In this document: positions 57,843-64,000 of the stretch, piece by piece
How the letters are laid out: each line of letters opens with the position of its first letter
How positions within the stretch are numbered: position 1 is the first letter of the stretch
Source: Fibrobacteria bacterium
GTDB taxonomy: Bacteria > Fibrobacterota > Fibrobacteria > UBA11236 > JADFYW01
Direction of reading: 5' to 3'
DNA: 64,000 nucleotides
Assembly: GCA_050294405.1 (NCBI GenBank)
Contig: JBNKOC010000021.1
Span: 1 to 64,000, forward strand
Notes under the pieces: generated by a model
What the model was told of the DNA's origin: nothing
The model's database searches: none
Seen by the model: the letters and a program-made list of their open reading frames with translations, nothing else
Program-made: the position numbers and the translations under genes

Positions 57843-59636
57843 TTATTCAAACTTAGCGTAATAAAGGCCTTCCCCTTGTAATTCCACTTTAACATTTGAT
57901 TGGTTTGAAACATTAATGGAGTGAATTTCTCTTCCAGCTAAGTCGAAAATGCGCAAATGGCTTGCTCCCATTGGAACTCTAAATTGGGAATTGCCTTTTA
58001 AGCCAAAATTAACCTGACGAATCATGAATTGTTCGCCAGTCTTAATTGCAATAACTGGGGGATCTGGTTTTTTAACAATAATCCCCTCGCATTCAGAGAT
58101 ATCGTATTGAGGTCCGGTATATTCCCAACGAGCCAAAACGCCGCCAGTTTGCCAGCCTGAATACCCAAACCCGCCAGTATATAAGGCATATAATACTCCA
58201 TCCGGGCCCATATCAAAATCAATGGGAGAGTTTTCTTCAGTTATGGGGTTTCCATTTCCGCTAGGTTGAAAGGCCTCGATTTTTTGGAGTACCCCATTGG
58301 AGTCTACATCGAAAACCCAAACTTTACCTCTTACCCAGTCTCCCCCAATAAATTTTCCCTGAAAGTAGGGAGGCATTCTATTGGGTGAAAGACCATCCCC
58401 CTCAGAGTCGTACCAATAACGGGGTCCACCAATGGCAGATTCTCCACCACCACCCAGGAAGCTATTTAAACCTTGTTGGTTCCCATCTTCATTGTACCAG
58501 GACAAAGCTGGAGTTGCAGGTGGCAAATCCGTAAGACCTGTATTGGCGGGAGATAGGTTTTGCAAATTATCCAAATCAAAATACTCGTTTAAATTGTAAG
58601 CCCCTTCCGCAGAGCTAGTGGGTTTATAAGCCTGATTGTTAGCATTGGCAAAAGGCCAGCCGAAGTTGGCAGGTTCGGTAACCAAATTAAATTCGTCATG
58701 TCCCTGAGGCTCCTGATTTCTAGGGTCTGCCGCATCGGGGCCTACTTCTCCAATAAAAACCCAGCCAGTAATGGAATCTACCCGAATACGATAAGGGTTG
58801 CGGTGGCCCATGGATAAAATTTCGGGTCGGGTTTTATTTTCGGTATCTTCAGCTTCGTCAAAGAGATTTCCCTCGGGAATGTTATAGGTACTGCCCACGC
58901 CTTCGGAAGGGTTTTCTGAATCGGGAAAAGGAATAGGAGTAATACGCAAAACTTTGCCCCTTAGATCATTGGTATTTCCGGCAGTAGCCAAAGCATTCAC
59001 TCCGGTAATTTCGTTGGCAGGTCTTCCATTACATGGTGATTGAGTCCCCCGAGGTCCGTAACGGCCGTTGTCGCTAAATGGATTTGAATCATCACCAGTA
59101 CTAAGGTAAAAGTCACCGTGTTTGTCGAAGGTCAACCCACCCGCCGCGTGGCTGGTGGAACCCCTCTGGAAACTCAGCAAATCTTTTTTATTAGTAAGCT
59201 GGTTATTTTCCACGGTAAAACGCACTAAAAAATGCTTGTGATCATAAACATTTGCCCCACGGCAATCTGTAGTAGTGTTATTGCTCATTTTTTTCGAATA
59301 AAATACATATATCCATTTATTTTCTTCATAGTTTGGATCGGCTGCAACTCCGAGCAAACCGTTTTCCACTACGCCACCATCATCGATATATAGGGCGTTG
59401 TCCACTTTTCCAAGGTTAACCACCTGGCCTGTGGCATCTACATAAAGCTTAATATTTCCAGTTAACATTTCTGCGATAAAAACATCTTTATTTTTACCAA
59501 TAGACATGGCTACCGAGGCAGCAATATTCTCTGTAAGAATGTTCTTTTCCCACTGACTAGCCGGGGGCAACTGGCAGGTTTGGCCATAAGCCATTCCCAA
59601 TCCCAATGCCACTATCGCCAATTTCGCGAATCTCAT
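57843..59636 (-). CDS. Secreted glucose/sorbosone dehydrogenase-like beta-propeller with T9SS-like C-terminus
   Basis: GLLGVAADP, LYLSTGD-like FYLSTGD, LRGKVLRI, MGHRNP, NFGWP; tail IFDLAGR..GLYYAK. Confidence 0.85.
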   Translation of the reverse strand: MRFAKLAIVALGLGMAYGQTCQLPPASQWEKNILTENIAASVAMSIGKNKDVFIAEMLTGNIKLYVDATGQVVNLGKVDNALYIDDGGVVENGLLGVAADPNYEENKWIYVFYSKKMSNNTTTDCRGANVYDHKHFLVRFTVENNQLTNKKDLLSFQRGSTSHAAGGLTFDKHGDFYLSTGDDSNPFSDNGRYGPRGTQSPCNGRPANEITGVNALATAGNTNDLRGKVLRITPIPFPDSENPSEGVGSTYNIPEGNLFDEAEDTENKTRPEILSMGHRNPYRIRVDSITGWVFIGEVGPDAADPRNQEPQGHDEFNLVTEPANFGWPFANANNQAYKPTSSAEGAYNLNEYFDLDNLQNLSPANTGLTDLPPATPALSWYNEDGNQQGLNSFLGGGGESAIGGPRYWYDSEGDGLSPNRMPPYFQGKFIGGDWVRGKVWVFDVDSNGVLQKIEAFQPSGNGNPITEENSPIDFDMGPDGVLYALYTGGFGYSGWQTGGVLARWEYTGPQYDISECEGIIVKKPDPPVIAIKTGEQFMIRQVNFGLKGNSQFRVPMGASHLRIFDLAGREIHSINVSNQSNVKVELQGEGLYYAKFE

Positions 59637-59678
59637 TTTTTTAACCTCCCTATTTTTGCCTCGCCAAAAGCAAAAATT

Positions 59679-60917
59679 TTAAAATCCCTTATTTAAAACC
59701 ATCTTCTCGGTTTTATTAAAATCGGCCCCTAAAATTTGAATAAAATATACTCCTGCTTCGAGGCCCTTCCCCAATTCCAATTCAGCGCTGCCATTCATGG
59801 AATACTCTTCCACTATTTTACCATTTACATTTTGGACGGCAACTTTATAATTCATTAAATCCGGTACATACAATTTATTGTTTCTGGCATCCCATTCAAT
59901 AGTGCGAGCCATTAATTGTGATTGGGTCGCCGTATTTTGACAGGCTCCATCAGGCTCGTAAGTGGCCTCGGGATTGTATTCTTGATAAGTGCTATCCATA
60001 CAACCGGGCACGCCTGCTTCACAAAGGCTTTCATCGTGTTTAACAACATAGGATTTATAATTTGCCGCAGTTTCATCTTTACAACCCACCAGGTCCACCA
60101 CTTCAATGGTCCGGAACCGGAAAGGATGTGATTCTGCCTGAATAACAATGTACCCTTCCGTAATAGGCTCATTGTCAGTAATATTGATAGTCACACCTCC
60201 TGCCCCTGAATTACTGGCTTGTACAGGACGGTAGTAAGTAATATCCGGGTTTTCAGTTACTGATGGTCCGTTGTAATGACGGATGATGGAGTCTCCTAAA
60301 ACCAGGAAAGAAGCCCATGCCCATTCGCCGGAACCAGGACGTTCATTATTAGATGCCGAATAACAATGGTCATTATTCCGGGATCCGCCCGACGGCTGGG
60401 TATAAAAAGCCGTTCCCGGGGTGCAGAGATTCAAAGTGCTGTTATTATCGGAAGCCGTGTTGCCAGCGCCTAGCAATTGGGCTTCCATGCTAACTGGAAA
60501 ATCCTGATTCTGGCCCATGCTTTCAATGGACTGGGAATGCAGCATCATACCATTGTTCTGATACGCCCATGAGGGACCGCCGCTCACCTGGTTTCCCCAA
60601 TGTTGGTACTCCACTCTTAAAAAATAAAAGGAAAAGGGACGCAATTTGTATCCTGCATGACCGAACTCCCCGTTAAAACCACTCCAGTCCTCATAGTTCA
60701 CTTCCAGGTTGCCATCAACAGATCGAAAAGTGTTGTTGAAGTTGGTGTTTAATGAACTGCCGGTAATTTTTATATCCCAGTCATCCAGGTTGTCCCCATC
60801 CCATAATTGAATCCAAACTGAATCATCAGGCGCATTAACGGCTTGTGCAAAAGATGTATAACTCCCTAAATACAAAAAAAAGCTAACAAGCATTAAATAC
60901 TTTGATAACATAAACAT
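59679..60917 (-). CDS. Secreted DUF1080 (3-keto-disaccharide hydrolase-like) protein with T9SS-like C-terminus
   Basis: WIQLWDG.NLDDW, LRVEY, NNG.MLH, EGYIVIQAE; tail NVNGKIV..LEAGVYFIQI. Confidence 0.85.
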   Translation of the reverse strand: MFMLSKYLMLVSFFLYLGSYTSFAQAVNAPDDSVWIQLWDGDNLDDWDIKITGSSLNTNFNNTFRSVDGNLEVNYEDWSGFNGEFGHAGYKLRPFSFYFLRVEYQHWGNQVSGGPSWAYQNNGMMLHSQSIESMGQNQDFPVSMEAQLLGAGNTASDNNSTLNLCTPGTAFYTQPSGGSRNNDHCYSASNNERPGSGEWAWASFLVLGDSIIRHYNGPSVTENPDITYYRPVQASNSGAGGVTINITDNEPITEGYIVIQAESHPFRFRTIEVVDLVGCKDETAANYKSYVVKHDESLCEAGVPGCMDSTYQEYNPEATYEPDGACQNTATQSQLMARTIEWDARNNKLYVPDLMNYKVAVQNVNGKIVEEYSMNGSAELELGKGLEAGVYFIQILGADFNKTEKMVLNKGF

Positions 60918-60949
60918 TTTCCCCCTCTAAATTTTATGGCCTATCTCGC

Positions 60950-62323
60950 TCACCAAAATAGGCGTTCCACCTTCTGAGCTTTTTCGGATTTAAATAGCAA
61001 GAAAATAAACCCTCTTTTATCTTGGCTCATTATATTTTTCAAATATAATGTCTCAGTGGAATTTTCGGGAATAAAACTGTGCAACAAACTTCCGGAAACA
61101 TCATAAAATTCAATTTTATTAGGAATTTCACTCTGTGAAAAACGGGCGTTTTTAATGTCGCCAATATTAATGTGAAACTTTTTAGCTGTTGGAGCCTGGT
61201 TGGAAAGGCTTATAGCAACGGAACCCTCTGCAACACCAGCCATAACATAGTCTTCCGCGGAAACCCTAATCTTAATACCTGTACCCTCAATATCAGAAGG
61301 GGTCCAAGAATGGCTGCCGATATTTTCAATATTTTCAGCAACATAATCCCAATTGTTACCATCATCCAATGAGTATTCAATATTTACATTTTCTATTTCC
61401 CCGATGCTTTCCCAAGTAATAGCAATAGATTGACCAGACTGTATTTCTTTATCTTCGTTGGGGCTTGTTACTAAAATTTTATGAAGGTAATCCGGCCCAT
61501 TTTCGGGAAGTTCCATAATTTCCCAGTTTTTATACATGATTTCTGCACTTTCAGCTTGAAGGGCTATTTTTCCTTTTGACCAAGGGGTTTCGCTATTGCC
61601 ATTGGGGACCCGAATGTTAAAAAGCTCCAAGAGTTTTTTCCCCCCAGCTGTGTGTACGGCTCTTTCTGAGCCTCGAACAATAATTTCCATATCGTTCCAG
61701 GTTCTATCCTGATAGGGGTTTTGCCCCACATGAGAAAGGGAATAAACTTGCCGGTGGTTTCCGGACCAGCTAGTGGTAGTGGAATTACTGCCTTCTTCGT
61801 ATTGGTTCGTGCCTGGACGAACCGGAACTTCGTAGGTAACATCCTGGATTGAAAAAGCATCTGCTGTTTCTTGTTTACGCATTTGACATTCAATAGACCT
61901 GGGCCAATTGTTATTCATACGAGGGAAGTCCTCTGTGAGATGATACATAAGACCAGCGTTGTCGTTAGGGCCAGTATTATCGCCAAAGCGGTATTGCACC
62001 CTCATGCGATAATGTGAGAATTCCGCATCAGTCCCGAGATGTCCCCCCCCGGGACTGACGTGTATGATGGGATCTCCTGTGCCGGATTCTGTTTGTACTT
62101 GAAATACTGCATCCGGTTGATCGGAGACGTCCTCCCCATACATGCGCGAGTATAAACCATCAAAATTTTCACCATTGAAAAGGGACACCCAGCCTGAATC
62201 GGCTTTGGTGAGTTGGGCCGAGGGGCTTACCATGGGGAGGGCAAAAAAGACGAACCCCCAATTAAGAAGGTTCAACTTTTTTGGTTCCCTCAACATCACC
62301 CTACCAAGGATATTCTTCCCCAT
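60950..62323 (-). CDS. Secreted DUF1080 protein with Ig-like domain
   Basis: WVSLFNG.NFDG, DNAGLMYH, WPRSIECQ, KGKIALQAE; start uncertain. Confidence 0.82.
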   Translation of the reverse strand: MGKNILGRVMLREPKKLNLLNWGFVFFALPMVSPSAQLTKADSGWVSLFNGENFDGLYSRMYGEDVSDQPDAVFQVQTESGTGDPIIHVSPGGGHLGTDAEFSHYRMRVQYRFGDNTGPNDNAGLMYHLTEDFPRMNNNWPRSIECQMRKQETADAFSIQDVTYEVPVRPGTNQYEEGSNSTTTSWSGNHRQVYSLSHVGQNPYQDRTWNDMEIIVRGSERAVHTAGGKKLLELFNIRVPNGNSETPWSKGKIALQAESAEIMYKNWEIMELPENGPDYLHKILVTSPNEDKEIQSGQSIAITWESIGEIENVNIEYSLDDGNNWDYVAENIENIGSHSWTPSDIEGTGIKIRVSAEDYVMAGVAEGSVAISLSNQAPTAKKFHINIGDIKNARFSQSEIPNKIEFYDVSGSLLHSFIPENSTETLYLKNIMSQDKRGFIFLLFKSEKAQKVERLFW

Positions 62324-62434
62324 GCTTTCCCCCTTACCTGCCCTTTTTAATAAAAAGGGCGGATTTTGCCTCCCCGGCCCCCCTTCCTTTGGATCTTGCT
62401 TAAAAATATAGTGCCATTTTTAAAATCTCACAAC

Positions 62435-62468
62435 AGGATTTTTATTTTTTTTCAAAAATAAAAATCCT
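62435..62468. terminator. AT-rich hairpin (terminator or operator)
   Basis: aggatttttattttt / aaaaataaaaatcct. Confidence 0.45.
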
Positions 62469-62647
62469 AAATATTTCGCCTAAAAAACCAATTTTAGGGC
62501 AAAATACGCCTCTAAAATTCTCAAATCGCAATTTCTAAAAAAAGAATTTTGCTTATATTTTTTGATTCTTTTTTTATAAACCGGCAGAAATACAGATCAA
62601 AATCCGGCGCTTTTTCCGGAAGGTAGGCCAAAAAAATTTAAAGAGAT

Positions 62648-64000
62648 TTAAAAGACGATGCTGCGGCGGCTATATACGGCATCGCCCACCTGGACTTTAA
62701 TTAGGTATAACCCTGGCTGGAGGCTTTTTTTTACGGAATAAACCATGGGTTGGGCCCCTGTGGCGCTATCCAGCTCTGGCCCTTCTAATTTAGAAACAGA
62801 TAATTTAAAAGGTTGCTCGAAGGGAACGTGAATATCCAACTTGCCCATGCGACCTTTTTCCACTTTGAACTGAGTGGCTTGTTTGCGGGCCAGTTCCACC
62901 CTTCGGTCTTTTTCTTCGGCGGTCATTTTCGCACTGCAGGATTTGCCAAAATCATAAACCGCTGCCGGGTTATACTCCACAAATTCTGGTTGCATACATC
63001 CCATAACATCAGCCGGGCCCATCCAATTCAGGGTATACCAGGCTTCATCGCCCCAAAGAGTCTCCCCTTCTTTGGACAATACCCTGTTTAGTTTCAAATG
63101 GTACAACCGCCCCTCCTGAATACCGGGAATAATTAACCTTGCTTTTTTGCGGTTATCCGATAGTTCCACGGCGGCTACCTTCATTTTTCGAAGACCCACT
63201 TTATTTCCTGCACCGTAATGCTGGCTTGGCGCAAAACCCCAGCTTTCGATGTTATAAGCGCCGCGATTTTGACCAGACCTTCCCACAGGCTGCGTGAACT
63301 CCACTTCAAAACCGTCTTCCATGCTTCGCACCGCCAGCATTTCAAAAGGAACTTTTCCATTGGGCACAAGTTTTTGCAAGCCAGTCCATGTGTTATTCCA
63401 GTTCCAATCGGACCAGCCACCAAGCCCCACGGCATCGCCACCGCCCACGCCACCCACATACAAAGCTCCATCGGGGCCGAATTTTAGCCTGTTAACTCCC
63501 GCTTCGATTCCGTTTTTTAAGTTACTCTCACTAAATCGAAAGATACATGCCTGGTATTCGCCTTTGATGCGTTCCAAAAAATATCGCTTGATACCACCTT
63601 TGTGTACATCCCCAATTAACATCTGCCCTTTGAACACTCCATCTGTTACCAAAACAGGTTCGCTAATGGAGTTGCCCACTTCATCCTGAGGCACCCAGGC
63701 GGCAGGAGGCACAGGAGTATCTTTTACAAAGGGAGTTTTGGGGTTCATCTTAAAACCGTAGAAGCGGCCCTCTTTCAAATGCACAAACTTATTTGAGGGA
63801 AGCCATTGGCCCTGATTGTCTGTGGAAAAAATTTCACCATCGGGCCCTAAGGCAAGGCCGTTGGGGTTTCGCAGTCCGCCTAAAAGGTTTTCATGCGGTC
63901 CTTTTCCATCAAAAGGAATTTTAATCAAAGTACCCCTGTCCTGTGCTCCCTGGCCAAGAACACCGGCCCAGTAAACCCTGTCGTTGCTCAGGGTAATGTA
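62648..64000 (-). CDS. Secreted sugar-dehydrogenase-like beta-propeller protein (5'-partial)
   Basis: Frame open to window edge; GLRNPNG, TDNQG.W, FGPDGALYVG; T9SS-like tail LQPGLYLIKV. Confidence 0.75.
   Translation of the reverse strand, partial: YITLSNDRVYWAGVLGQGAQDRGTLIKIPFDGKGPHENLLGGLRNPNGLALGPDGEIFSTDNQGQWLPSNKFVHLKEGRFYGFKMNPKTPFVKDTPVPPAAWVPQDEVGNSISEPVLVTDGVFKGQMLIGDVHKGGIKRYFLERIKGEYQACIFRFSESNLKNGIEAGVNRLKFGPDGALYVGGVGGGDAVGLGGWSDWNWNNTWTGLQKLVPNGKVPFEMLAVRSMEDGFEVEFTQPVGRSGQNRGAYNIESWGFAPSQHYGAGNKVGLRKMKVAAVELSDNRKKARLIIPGIQEGRLYHLKLNRVLSKEGETLWGDEAWYTLNWMGPADVMGCMQPEFVEYNPAAVYDFGKSCSAKMTAEEKDRRVELARKQATQFKVEKGRMGKLDIHVPFEQPFKLSVSKLEGPELDSATGAQPMVYSVKKSLQPGLYLIKVQVGDAVYSRRSIVF

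Overview
This is a bacterial chromosomal window, probably Fibrobacterota. That assignment is an inference from a TIGR02147-family gene and secreted proteins with T9SS-like C-termini. The first ~8.2 kb holds the most striking feature, a non-canonical integron-like cassette system. It has four long attC-like palindromes (198-243 bp; one cut by the window edge) that delimit two toxin-antitoxin cassettes and two ORF-less, highly structured cassettes. Each cassette is bracketed by its own 21-33 bp imperfect inverted repeat. The array ends at an attI-like site (~3628). A co-oriented tyrosine recombinase (6946-8166) lies 3.3 kb away; it lacks the IntI-specific insertion and appears to have a duplicated N-terminal domain. 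The rest is mostly core genome: tpx/msrAB/ytxJ, thpR, ispG, ispD, ispF, rdgB, gatA, htrA, truA, argC/argB/argD/argG, rpiA and tRNA-Leu(TAA). Other points of note are a hybrid kinase flanked by ~340-390 bp structured direct repeats, a small ORF behind three tandem CRP-type boxes, a dispersed palindromic element family, a TonB receptor/YfiR/MCP module, and a cluster of secreted sugar-dehydrogenase-like and DUF1080 proteins at the right edge. All protein calls are by motif recognition only; no database searches were run.
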